NCBI GenBank assembly: GCA_910592345.1
Contig: CAJVPI010000069.1
Coordinates: 1-61,629 of the forward strand
Length of the DNA stretch: 61,629 nucleotides
Reading direction: 5' to 3'
Source of the DNA: Paraglomus brasilianum
Lineage: Eukaryota
A program made the translations under genes and the position numbers. The notes under the pieces were generated by a model, which was not told the origin of the DNA, searched no databases, and was given only the letters and a program-made list of their open reading frames with translations. This document shows, one piece after another, positions 30,745 through 43,150 of the stretch (the stretch's first letter is position 1; every line of letters begins with the position of its first letter).

Positions 30745-33360
30745 TCTCAGTTGGGGACCTGCGGACTGAGACAACTGAGTTCTATATTTGAGCGACTAGG
30801 TTCTGACTGAGTTCTAGATTTGAGCAACTAGGTTCTGACTGAGTTCTGCGACTGGATCCTGAGCCAAGAGACAGGTCCCAAACTCAGACACAATATATCC
30901 AATTTAGGGAACTGGGACACCATAATTATTATTTTATCAGAGTGAAAACAAAACTGTATTCGCACAACAAAAGAGACAGGTACATTGTTTTAATGTAACC
31001 TTTATATTTATTAGTAATAGTAATACAGTCATTTTGTCATGCAGTTAACTAACTATAATTAGAAGTACAGATAACGATATCTATTTCCATTTAAAGTTTG
31101 GGACAAATCCTTGACAACAATGTCTGTTATGCACCCGTAAATTAACTATGGATCTACGTTATTATTAAATAAAACTGGGTTTTTTATTCACGTGTCTTAA
31201 TGTCATGTCTAATTAGGTAAAGGTGTCGTATATCAGTTGATCCATTCGGAATGGGCATATTAATATGTCAGTTGAGAATTTATGTCCATTCTGAACGGAC
31301 ATATGTCAGATGGGATTCCGAATGGACATAAATCAGATTGGAATTTATGTCCATTTCAAACTGACATATGTGTCAGATTGGAATGTGCGAATACAGTTCG
31401 TCCAGCTTGTTCTATCGCCATGCTAAGCCACCAGTTTGTTGTGTGCACCCCAGTGCTGTCAATTAAAACTGTATAAGTCAGATGTCTATTGATGGATATC
31501 TACTTGAATAGTCTGTATGTTATAAGCCATGTATTCAATCATGTCATAGAGAATATTATTAACTGAATTCTTTATTATGTGGCTGATTTAATTGTGCGAC
31601 ATAACTATAAATAACAAACAAGTAAATCATTCTATTCAAACGGCATTTACATCGACAAACGAATACACTGAACCTTCGAAAGGAGCCTTCCCAATAGCTT
31701 TGATGCCGATCAAATTTGGAAGTCGTACAAAGTAGGGGCAACAGCTTTCTAAATAGAGTAATACCTTGATGTGATAAAATTCATATGTAAGCATACATGC
31801 GCATAAATAACGCCCTTCCGTATACTGTTAGCGATGATGTTATCTATCAGCTGGAAAAGACTTATTGCCTTCATAGTAACAGAATTAATAAAACCTAAAC
31901 AAGAATTTGATGCAGGATTAATTGATATAGAATTAGCATTTCTGTTTGATTCGATGTCAAGGATTAATCGTACACCTCGTTTACTTGGCCAAAAACAATT
32001 GCTTATTGGACAGACATATTTCAATATCTTAATGACGAGAGCGAGTATAATAGTTTTAAATCTCATTTTCGCATTTTGCTGATCTACGTTCAATCGACTG
32101 CTTAGTACGTATGTATCCTACAGCAATATCCTAACTATTTATCCGAAATTCAAGTTGGGCATTGTGATTCAACAATTAGCAAATCCTCAGATGTTTGCCA
32201 AGGATCAGTCGCGCATTTTACTAAACGATTTATTGAAGCCATTCTGGACACCTTCCAACATTAATATCATCATTTGTATCAATCAAACCCGCATACGTTG
32301 TGAGGGCTTCTTAGGCATTGCAATGAATATGAAAAAAAAAGAAGATTTCTTGACTCAAGTTAATATGTATGTTATATCCCATTCGTCACATCACATCGAT
32401 CATGAGATGTCAGGCAAAAATTTGAATTATGTTCATATGAAAAATAAACAATTTCCAATTTACCAATTTACCAATTTTTATCACCGATTCCCAAATTTGA
32501 TCGGGGCATCAAGCTGTTGAGAAGGCCCAGTATCTTTTGCGTTCAAAATGCATATGCCTTCAATTCAGTTTTCTGATACAGTAATATTAAATGAGCCCCA
32601 AACGTTTATCGATATGACAGCCTCCAAATGCATACATCAAATTGGTCGACTACTCCGCCCACTCCTCGCCATCATCTACTGGCTATGGTGCAATAAAATC
32701 TTGAAATAATTGAACCCGGCATCCATTATACAGAGCTGGACGACATACTTAATAGAAATGTAACACTATATAAAGCTGCTTCAGCTCAAAGCTTAGTCAA
32801 TTTAACCAAGATTAGATGTAGTTGCAAGACTAGTTGCTCAACAGCTCGATGTGCTTGTCGCAAAGCTGCTATCATTTATAACTTAAACTACCACCCTAAT
32901 AATCGACAATGCAGTAATGTTCATTAAATACATCGTTACGTGTAGTATTATTGTATTATTAGGTAAGATTCAAGTATTTATAAACAATGTAAGATGAAGG
33001 CATTATACAAGTAGTAATACCACAAGTTCTTGCCATTGCATATATCATTCTTTACAAATATTAGATAACATATATTTTTATAACAAATGCAGTATGTCAT
33101 AATGTCAAATAAATACTCTTATAATGCTGTCTTTGCTATTCCAATTTGACACATATGTCAGTTCAGAACGGACATAAATTCCCATCCGACATATGTCCGT
33201 TCAGAATGGACATAAATTCCAAACTGACATACAACAAAAGTCTATGTGCACGTCTTACTGTTTTGTCTGAGTTTGGGACCTGTCTCAGTTCAGAACCCAG
33301 TCGCTCAAGTCCAGAACTCAGTTGTCTCAGTCCAGAACTTAGACAGATCCCCAACTGAGG
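30745..33360. mobile_element. Non-autonomous TIR DNA element (outer member of a nested pair), TA flanks
   Basis: Left end TA|TCTCAGTTGGGGACCTG...GAGACAGGTCCCAAACTCAGACA; right end TGTCTGAGTTTGGGACCTGTCTC...CAGATCCCCAACTGAGG|TA. The ~100-150 bp inverted termini are built of repeated CTGAGTTCT / GACTAGGTTCTGA sub-motifs. Confidence 0.85.
31266..33229. mobile_element. Second TIR element nested inside the 30745-33360 element, with degraded internal sequence
   Basis: TA|TGTCAGTTGAGAATTTATGTCCATTCTGAACGGACATATGTC... matches the reverse complement of ...GACATATGTCCGTTCAGAATGGACATAAATTCCAAACTGACA|TA. Inverted homology covers about 31266-31384 and 33138-33229. Interior has only short broken ORFs. Confidence 0.8.
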
Positions 33361-34584
33361 TACAACAGATATACGGTCGAATACTAAGTTATTATTATAT
33401 GTATTATTATGACAAAATATCATGTTGGTCATTTTGTATTTGGTGTGTCAACTGCATTTCAAGCCATAAATTATGTGCATCATATATTCGACTCGGTTAA
33501 AGAAAATTGAACTAGCCAAATTTTATGAAGAGAGAGGAAAGGTAAAGTGCTTAGAAATACGAAACCACAAAACTTGGGAGTAAACCATGCACTTGTCATT
33601 ATTGTTGAGACATTCTTAACTATATCAAAATCATACTGCTTTACGAACGTATTTATCCCATGATCAGCATTTGGAGCAGTAAATTATATGGGTGTGCTGC
33701 AACAAAACCAGACACTGCCAACATAACAGCCAAATAAAATTCCAAATTTCAAAACTATTCTAATTACCAATTTCACATATACCTGATCGAATTTTAATTG
33801 GCATTACACAACTTTATCTCTATGAAAACAACTCTTACCTTTCTCCTCTTTTGTTGATAAATTTATTCAAGAAAGTAAATGTAAGCAGTTGATATTATTT
33901 GTTGATTAATATAAATTATCAAAGATGCTCGTCCTTCTTTACTTATTAAGACTTACCTTTAGACAATAGTGTTAAAAAAAGACAATTGTTTAAATTGCTC
34001 TAATTTTACAATGAACAAACCAATTAGACCATATCATATAACATTTTAAGCTTGAAAGCAGTAGATTTATTAATGTAAATTAACACGAACTTTTTTACTA
34101 CTCTTTACAATAATTTCCCTACAGTGTTGTTCCATTGAACATTAAAGGCTATTGGAAATATTAAACCATAAACCTTTCCAATTCACTAAAATTGGAATTT
34201 CCAGTTTTTGTTGTTTTTTTGTTTTTGTTTTTGTTTTTGTTTTTTTTTTTTGATTTCAGTATATGGTATTAAGCGGAGACCTTGTCTGTAAATATATTTA
34301 AAAGCGTTGCATGTTTCCTACTTTAGAAATGCTCTTGCTCTTAGATGGAGCCATGTTTTTAGTAGAATAACTCTCAGAGTTGGCAAGTGATTAAACTATA
34401 ACATAAAATAAATAACACTCAAGACAAGCTTTTGGTTTTATTTTACATGATATGAATAAGTCCAACATTGGGAAGTTACCTATACACAAACTATAGAGAA
34501 TGCTGTAAATTGTTTTTTTTTTGTACACCACTGTCGGTATAGGTATATGAGACATACTGCAACAAGACCAGACTCTACTTACAG

Positions 34585-34586
<2 letters not shown>

Positions 34587-34643
<57 letters not shown>
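34587..34643. repeat. (AAT)n microsatellite
   Basis: Perfect run of about 19 AAT units. Confidence 0.95.
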
Positions 34644-34644
<1 letters not shown>

Positions 34645-35664
34645 GCTGATGTCCCGTATGTTAATCTGATGCAAAATATTGTCAGCCCTTCTTAGTTTTG
34701 AAAAACTTTACGAATGTCTTATGGCTTTATTCCGACCGATGACTTACTTATTATTTATATTACTCTGTAGAAAGTGACTTAGTAATAATAAAGTAGAACA
34801 AATAGGGTGAAAAACGCCTAGTCTTTATAATATAACCTCCATCATTTATTCGCACTAGCAGATCACGACTCAATCATAAATCAATGGGGAGCAAAAATAC
34901 CCGAAATCTATTAAATCGATTTTTTCACCGTTACTTTATTGCTGCTATTATTTAATTGTTTAGTTAACATACCTTCCCTATAATAACACGATAGTATATT
35001 AAGGACGAACAACTTGTATTAAAGGTCAACAGGATCCTTCCTGGAATAATCAAGATCAAGCCAAGCATGTACAATCTAGCAATATCGTCAGCAATCATCC
35101 CTAGGAAGAAAGCTAATTCTCACGCGCCGTATATTATTGCTCCGTCAGACATACGTTTATATTTTGCTATTAGCATATTTGTCGTTATCATTTAAGTGAG
35201 AGCAAAAAAGTATAATAGAAAAAGAAAGACCCATAAATGCTTTTTACAAACGTAACAAAATATACTGAAAGAAAACAACAGGACATAGAAGCTTTAGACG
35301 GTAATTACTCTATGAAGAAAGAAACAAATTCGTTCGATAGGCGTATAATAATGGATATTGCTAATATATATATATATATAGCCCTCATTGATCTGGAAAA
35401 TTGCTGTATTTCTCGGACTAAAGTACCAGTGGTATTTTACAAACTTCGTTGGGGTACTACGCATGGAGTGATACTTTGATCGGATAGTGGTATTATACTA
35501 GGGGTGGTATTATGACAGGACGATGTAAATCGCTATTTTATTGATTGTAACGTACTTAAAAAGATTTTGCACAAACCACGAATAAAATTTGCAACATCTT
35601 GCTTGCTTTAATATGAAAAAAAAATGATTCGAAAGGCACGTATATGCTCGGGGGGGGGGGGACT

Positions 35665-36696
35665 TTATAACGAGAAAGAGAAATACGGTAAATTATATGA
35701 ATTAGTAAAAATTTGGTTGCGGTACTTATTTTGTAACCGAGTATAGTCATCGTAGTTGTGCCAGCTATTATAGTCGACATTGAGTTGTTGTAACATTGGT
35801 AAGTCAACCTTGAATATTGATTTTAGTCCTCCGTTCATTACCACACAACTACTTATGTAAATTCTTTTCAATCGATAAAGCTTGATTTGTTTGACGTTTA
35901 AATCATCATCCGAACCAAAGTAAATGCATTTCAAAACAATTGATTCCAGAGAATTCGACTGTGACTCCAACAATTTAAATATCGTTCCCATCTTGGCAGC
36001 CACATTCCCTATAGTAATCGTCTCTAGTTGATGTTGAGACTGTATGAGTTTTTGTAACCCATGATGGGCTTTCGATAAGTCGGCTTGCAATAAGATGGCT
36101 CTCTCGGTACGTCGGGTTACGGATAAGTTCAATCCCTTATGTTCGACTGAAATTGATTTCAAGTTACGTGCGACCCTAGAAAGTGTGCTGAATATGCTAT
36201 TATCTAAATCTAAATACAAGATTAAATTTTGCAGATGGGGGAGATTTTTGGTAGAAATTAGAAGTCGCCTCTGATGCTGCCATAAGTTAAGGGAAAGAGT
36301 ATTGAGATTTGGACAATATTTAATCGCCAAACGAATGATTTTGTCCAGCAGATGATAACCGTTGCCAAAATCGTAGATCTCCTCACAGTAAATCTCCTTT
36401 AAGTAAAGACTATAATCAAACGGAAACTTTTTACGATATTTTTTGCGTATCCGTAATGCGGTTACAAGAACGTCAACGTCAGTAAAACATTCAACGAATG
36501 TGGTTATAAGGTTATCTGATTGGCTGGGTCCCCTCCTTGGATTTGAAGACAACAAGGTGAAAGGCTTGGCCCACAAGTATTGGAGAGCTACCACACACCA
36601 ATTTCTGTTAACCAAAGTGCAAGAGTGGAGTGTGGAGGAGTCGTTTGCATGCTCGGCAAATATTATTGCAAGAAGCTCGCAAGGCAAAGAAGCCAT
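35665..36696 (-). CDS. F-box protein with degenerate LRR-like C-terminal region, paralog 1 (343 aa, intronless)
   Basis: F-box LPCELLAIIF...TLHSCTLVNRNWC..ALQYLWAKPF, then FPFDYSLYLKEI and repeated LxxLxL units (CPNLNTLSL, LPHLQNLIL, QLETITI, SLESIVL). Confidence 0.9.
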   Translation of the reverse strand: MASLPCELLAIIFAEHANDSSTLHSCTLVNRNWCVVALQYLWAKPFTLLSSNPRRGPSQSDNLITTFVECFTDVDVLVTALRIRKKYRKKFPFDYSLYLKEIYCEEIYDFGNGYHLLDKIIRLAIKYCPNLNTLSLNLWQHQRRLLISTKNLPHLQNLILYLDLDNSIFSTLSRVARNLKSISVEHKGLNLSVTRRTERAILLQADLSKAHHGLQKLIQSQHQLETITIGNVAAKMGTIFKLLESQSNSLESIVLKCIYFGSDDDLNVKQIKLYRLKRIYISSCVVMNGGLKSIFKVDLPMLQQLNVDYNSWHNYDDYTRLQNKYRNQIFTNSYNLPYFSFSL

Positions 36697-36989
36697 GTTT
36701 CAAACGAGACAAGCGAAAGTGACCTGCAGCCCTTTATAATGTCAGCCAATGAATTTACTGCCTTGGCCGACAATGGGTAGTTGTTTTGTCAGACAGACAT
36801 AATACTGCGCAATTCATGCAACGGCAAGGAAATGAGCCAATCAGGACGAATTTCATGCCACCCGATTATTAAATCTTATCGAAAATTCATACCAGTCGAT
36901 TAGCTTAATGAAGTGATAAATAGTTATAAGCAGTCGAAGTTCGTTAGCAGACGGCATCTTCAGCATATCTTCAGCTCATCATTTGAATA

Positions 36990-38437
36990 CCGTAAACTAT
37001 CGTAAATAAGGGCCGTAATGTTATGACCCAATGTCAATGCAGATCGCACTTTTTATGTTAATAAAAACAATCTGGAAAGTTCTAGGTTTAAATCTGAAAA
37101 TCACGTGTCGCTTCTAAATCGTCAGTCGAACCTCGTTATACCGGGAGGCATCCACGATTCGGTATAACGAGATATTCGGTATAGTGAGGTACCTCTATAT
37201 AACGAAGTTAGGCCTAAGGTCAAGCAATATTCGGTATAATGAGACTTATGTGAATAATATTATATTTACGTCTCAGAATTAATCGTATAATCTAAAATTG
37301 CATGATGGTGATGGAACAATATGTGCGAGTATCATAAGCATGATGACTGAATTTAAAAAACAATAGATACGAAATCATACTAAAATCATACTAATATGCA
37401 GATATAACTACTGATCAAATCATGTGACCGAAAATCGGATGACCAAAATCATATCACTATTCTACATTTTTTATCACGTGACAAAACTTCGGTATAAAGC
37501 GATTAGTAGCATATGTAAAAATCCTGCATCGAACTTCGGTAACGGTATAACGAGATTTTACTATTTAAAAAACGGGGGAGCCAGAATTCCTTCGGTATAA
37601 CGAAAATTCGGTATAACGAGGTTCGGTATAGCGAGGTTCGACTGTACTATTTTCAGATAATATATTTCCAATGTCTTGAAGAATATTCACCAAATCGTTG
37701 CATGATTTACTTGATAAGCCTCGAAACGTGATCGTTGTGATGATCTGCTTCTTCACGTATTATTGGGATTGGTTGCCAAATGCCCAATGATGTTTTTTTT
37801 TTGATTAGTTTCGCTTTAATCAAATCAATTCTTTTTGCATGTGCAATTTCACCAAACCTTTTCATTTCTTCACTTAGCCACTTATATTTTGAAAAACGCA
37901 TTCGGTTTTACAATTGTGTTTTTCTTATTCGAACCCGAAATCGACGTGATTCAGCAATAAAATTATGATGTATGCGAGGGCCGTATGTTTCATTTTCGGA
38001 ATATCCTATTATGTTAAAAGGGTTAGTACGCAGTTTCAAAAATTTGGTATACCTACGTGCTGCGATCTCCCAATGCCGTTGTGAAGGTATAGAAGGAACC
38101 AATGATTTCAGTCGGACCCATAAAAACTGTGTAGTACATAACGAATTCATGTGCTGTAACTCATTATGGTTCGCGCTAACAAACCTACGTGTGGTCAGCA
38201 AGAGAAAAACTTGTTGTCATTCATTACTATTATCATCATAGTTCTATTCGTGACACTGCGATAAGGCTCGATGTTGAACCAAAGCAAGTAAGAGAATGGA
38301 TAAACTCGTACGTGTGTTGTTCATATATCAATATCGTAAATTAATACAGTAATAAATAATATTCTTATTTGCATCACATGACAACATAATATCTGATTTG
38401 CATAATACCGTGGGCCCTTATTCATGAGAGGATACGG
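36990..38437. mobile_element. Tc1/mariner-superfamily (CCGTA-ended, Tc2-like) element inserted upstream of F-box paralog 1
   Basis: TA|CCGTAAACTATCGTAAATAAGGGCC ... GGCCCTTATTCATGAGAGGATACGG|TA. The paralogous empty site TTTGAA-TA-TTTGTTCTTAC is present at about 40309-40327, confirming ends and TA duplication. Broken ORF fragments at 37707-38201. Confidence 0.9.
37123..37644. mobile_element. MITE (pogo/Tigger-like termini) nested in the 36990-38437 element
   Basis: TIRs CAGTCGAACCTCGTTATACCG and CGGTATAGCGAGGTTCGACTG (20/21 match), TA on the right flank, about 8 copies of TTCGGTATAACGAG-like motif, no coding capacity. Confidence 0.88.
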
Positions 38438-39113
38438 TATTTGTTCTTACCATTCCTATAAAAATTAGTGAGTTTATTTCGTTCATTCCTGGTGAAGTTA
38501 TTTCTATCGCTGGTAAAAATGTAAACCACTTCGGTAAAGTCGAACTTGCCATCGATTTCGTAGAAAATTTGACACTAAGATTATTATTTAATTCTTTATA
38601 ATACGAGTATTCCCCGACCTATAGACTTTCGAAACTAATTCCATCAAAAGAAATAGACGTAATATTCGAAGTTAAATAATAATCTAGGGATGCGTACAAG
38701 ACCGATCTAGCATCGTACTTTGAAAACCATTAAAGGTCACTAATTGTCGTTTAAAGATTTATCCTGAATGCAATTTTTTCCCACCAGCTTCTTGACTACC
38801 TTTGAACTTTTTAAAATATAGTAGATAGTTCTAGTCTGATACCAAAAATATCGGTGATAATCGTTTTATTTACCCTTTAGACATGATAAAAAAACCGTTA
38901 TTCTCAATCTTACATGTTTATGAAGCAAAAAAAAAAAGGGGGGGTGGGGGGTGGGGAACCCATTCAAAACAAATGTATACTGGATGTAAAAATAGAAACT
39001 TAAAAAGACATTCAAATAAATTGCATTAATGAGAAGGGCCACATGGAAAACTGAAATGTAATGTAGCTCTCAATTGTAATCTTTATAATCTCAAATTAGC
39101 AATTCAATAATTT

Positions 39114-40061
39114 TTATCCAGAGGAAATTATGTGGGTTTGGTACTTATTTTGCAATGAAATACAGTCATTGTGTGTTCCCAGTCAATATTTTTGAGCTCG
39201 AGTTGTTGTAGCTTTGGTAAGTCAGCCTCGAAGATTGATTTCAGTCCTCCATTAAATACTATACAGCTCTTTATGGAAATCCTTTCCAATTGATGAAACT
39301 TAATTTGTTCAATGCTAAAATCATCCGAATGGAACCTAAAGCTTTTCAAAATAATTGATTCCAGAGAACTCGATTGTGACTCCAAAATTTTGAATATTGT
39401 TCTCATCTTGGCAGCCCCCTTCTCTATAGTAATCGTCTTTAGTTGATGTTGAGATTGTACAAGTTTTTGCAACCCATGCATTTTCTGTTCAAGGTTATAA
39501 TAGCATTTGAGTGAAATTGATTTCAAGTTATGTGCAACCCTAGAAAATGTGCTGAATATGCTATTATCTGACTGTTTATGCAAAATTAAATTTTGCAGAT
39601 GGGGGAGGGTTTTTGTAAGAACTTGTCTCTGATACAGCCAGGAGAAGTTAAGAGAAAGAGTATTGATATTTGGACAATATTTAATCGCCAAACGAATGAT
39701 TTTGTGATATATGGAATGTTTGTTAATACTAATCGACAAATTGTAGATCTCCTCACAGTCAATCTCCTTTAAGACTATAATCAAACGGAAACTTTTTACG
39801 ATATTTTTTGCGTATCCGTAATGCGGTTGCAAGAACGTCGACGTCAGTAAAACATTCAACGAATGTGGTTATAAGGTTAACTGATTGGCTGGTTCTCCTC
39901 CTTGAATTTGAAGACAACAAGGTGAAAGGCTTGGCCCACAAGTATTGAAGAGCTATTACACACCAATTTCTGTTAACTAAAATGCAAGAGTGGAGTGTAG
40001 AGGAATCGTTTGCATGCTCGGCAAATATTATTGCAAGAAGCTCGCAAGGCAAAGAAACCAT
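39114..40061 (-). pseudogene. F-box paralog 2, two frameshifts; could yield a 100-aa F-box-only peptide
   Basis: Relative to paralog 1, a 5-bp deletion near 39773 (CCTTTAAGTAAAGAC to CCTTTAAGAC) splits the gene into ORFs 39759-40061 and 39128-39859. Relative to paralog 3, a 1-bp deletion near 39172 shifts WEHNNDCISLQNKY. Confidence 0.88.
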
Positions 40062-40949
40062 GTTTCAAACGAGACAGAAAGTGATCTGCAAGCCCTTTAT
40101 AACCGTCAGCCAATGAATTTGCTGCATTGGCCAACAATGGTAGTTGACAAACATAATAGCTGCGCAATTCATGCAGCAAGAAAATAAGCCATCAGGACGA
40201 ATTTCATGCCACCTGTGAATCGATTAGCTTAATGAAACGATAAATAGTTATATAAGCAGTCGAAGTTTTGTTAGCAAACAGCATCTTCAGCATATCTTCA
40301 GTTCATCATTTGAATATTTGTTCTTACTATTTGTAAATAGCCGACTTTGCTATCTACTACGGAATTATTTGATTGGTCGAAAATTTACCCGCAGCGCCTT
40401 AGATTTCGAACACCAACTTGATCGTAATCAGTGATAGTTCGCGAGCAGACGTCTGGACGGAAAATTGAGTACTAGAGTGATGAATTCGAATGGTGATATA
40501 ATAATCTAGGATAGCATACAAGACCGATCTAGCATCGTGAGTGCTTTGAAATCATTAAAGGTCACTAATTGTCGTTTAAAGATTTATCCTGAATGCAATT
40601 TTTCCCCATCAACTTCTTGACTACCTTTGAAACTTTCAAAATATAGTAGATAGTTCTAGCCTGATACCAAAAAAAATTGGTGATAATCACTTTATTTACC
40701 CTTTCGACATGATAAAAAAACCGTTATTATCAATCACACAGATTTATGCAGGCATGGCATTATTGTGTTTTGGATAGAAGAACGAGAGTTGAATTTCCTG
40801 CCAGAACTACGGTAATAGACTATACTGATGTTTTTTTTGGCTAATATTAAAAATCTCTAATATTATAATATAAATAGTTTGAATTTGGCACAGTTGATGA
40901 GAATGGAACTCCTTTAGCTTTTCCACAAGGCGCACATGTGATAAACATT

Positions 40950-41137
40950 GCATTGAGTTGTCTATACCACGATGTACATTCTTCTATCGTAATTCCTGGA
41001 GGCCTTCCCGATCCTATCCCAATTGATTTCTTTTTAATTCGAAACGCAATCATAAGAGCTCTTACGTATTGATTCCAGGAAAGCAAACACTACAGTAAAG
41101 TGTTTTTCGTTTCATTTTTGTTAAACAAATCAGACAT
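40950..41137 (-). pseudogene. Possible decayed Myb/SANT-like domain fragment
   Basis: Adjacent frames give KEINWDRIGK and PPGITIEECTSWYRQL, resembling the W..I...PGRT..EC...Y helix-turn-helix pattern; interrupted by a stop and frameshifts. Confidence 0.3.
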
Positions 41138-43150
41138 GGTAATTTTATTATACGTGGGTGGATCAAAAAGTTCTTGTCGTATGCCTCTCGTTTCACGGGC
41201 TGATGACCTATGACAACATGATACTAATTAAATAAAAGCTCAAGTTCTGATCTTCAAACCAAATCAAATTTGGTTTGTTTTTAAATAGACGGTTGCTGAG
41301 ATATCTTTGTTCAAAGTTTGTTCATCGAAACCACTGGCTCAAATTCCACGTGAACAATACCGATTCTACATATCTGTTGAAATGGCAAGACGCGATAGAT
41401 GTTAGTAAAATTAATGCAATATTAATGAAGTCTTGTACACATAATGCACTAACATTATGCACAGCTTGACAGCTGGTTAAAAATTGTTGAAAATATCCTC
41501 AATATGCTTAATAAAACCCCTATAAAGAGATACGAGAGTAAGTGAGCTTTATTCTAATTACATCCTACCTTCTTTTTTTTGAAGGTACAAAGAAATTAGG
41601 GAAGAGCCTCTGTCCGCAATGTGCTACTGCATATGACAATGCTTGCGCCTTATCGCACATATAAGAATATGGTATTTTTAAGCAAAATACGAGTCGAATT
41701 ATTGCTATGTCTATCCTAAGCCTATAGACAATGTTCATGTAATTTGGTTTATTTTACCTAGAATTAAGAAAGCACTTGTAATAAGGAAGAATAACAGGAT
41801 TAAAAATTTGTTAGGGCTCTTCAGGTAATTGTTGATAGTATCCCACAAGAGAAATATCACAAGTCTTTTGAAAGTTGGCGGAAGAGGTTACAAAAATATA
41901 TAAAGGTAAGAGATGACTATTTTGAAGAAATAGCTTAGTTAGTTTTAAAATTATTAGTAGTTTTTCGAAATAAAGCCAAGCGCCACGTATCATCTGCTAT
42001 GCGAATTAAGACTATCATGTCATCTCGTATATAGTGCATTATAGTGTATAACCCACGATCAATTACTCAATTTGCTCTGCTTGAATTTTATAACAATACA
42101 CATGACAACTCCTCCTTAACTCACTATTTCTACCCAGCATGCTACCAACAGACTTGTTATTTCCACATGATGAGTGGTTGTTAATCAAGAATAATAATAC
42201 CAAAAATGGGAGCAATTACTTGATAATAAATCGAGCGCCTTTATTCATAGCTATTCTACTCTATTAACTTATTACAGTCTTTTGTATCCCAACTTTAATA
42301 TCCGTGAAGCGGAACGGATTTATAAAACCTCATTTGTGTCCTTCAGATATATCCCATCATACCTCCCTATTTACTATAAATTACACAAGCCATATTAATA
42401 ACTAATGATACTCATGTCATTTCGTTCCGCACTTGATCTCGAAGTTCTTAGAACAAAGAGATTTTACAAAAATATATACGCAATATAAGTTGAAAATATA
42501 AACGCCAAACTTCATTAACCGAAAATTTATTAACCAATAAAATTGCATGTTTTAAATAATGGTTTATGCTACCTCATTTGTATCCCACCCCCATCCCAAA
42601 GTGGGGGTATGATTGTAGTTGTTTATAGCAAATTTGCTTGCAATATGTATATCCAAGGTCTAATCTCTCAATTGAGGATATGTTATCACGATACGAGTTG
42701 TAAAAAAAGCGTAATATTTACTTTTAAATAGAATTGCCATTGTACTATACTACACAAACTTATTAATATTACTACTGTAACTCAATATTTCCATACTTGA
42801 TATTTCACAAGTTGGCATGCTTATTACCAATATCACTGGCTAAGTCTCTGTAAACAAATGTTCGAGCATTAAAAAGCAGACACTATTAGTATTATCTGGG
42901 CCAATCGCTGGCATTGTAAGTATTTGCGTGTACTGACTTGTCTAATACTAAGTGAAAGAGTTTCAAGATACGAGATTGCCATGATAGAGATATGACAAGA
43001 TTTATATTTAGTGAGTGAGGCAAATCTTTTGTCACTGGAGACAATGATAAGCGTAGTCATACCAATTACCATTGTTGGCAAATGCAGTAAATTCATTGGC
43101 TGGCGGTTGCATTGAAAAGTACCGTCTGTATTTCTGTCTCATTTGAAACA

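Noticed and set aside
30770..30860. Short direct repeats with spacing reminiscent of a CRISPR array (also 37158-37635)
   Set aside because: They are subterminal repeats of TIR transposons in a eukaryotic genome; no unique spacers or cas genes.
38926..38956. Poly-A followed by G-runs (possible G-quadruplex); also the G run near 35649-35661
   Set aside because: Homopolymer runs are common throughout the window; no evidence of function.
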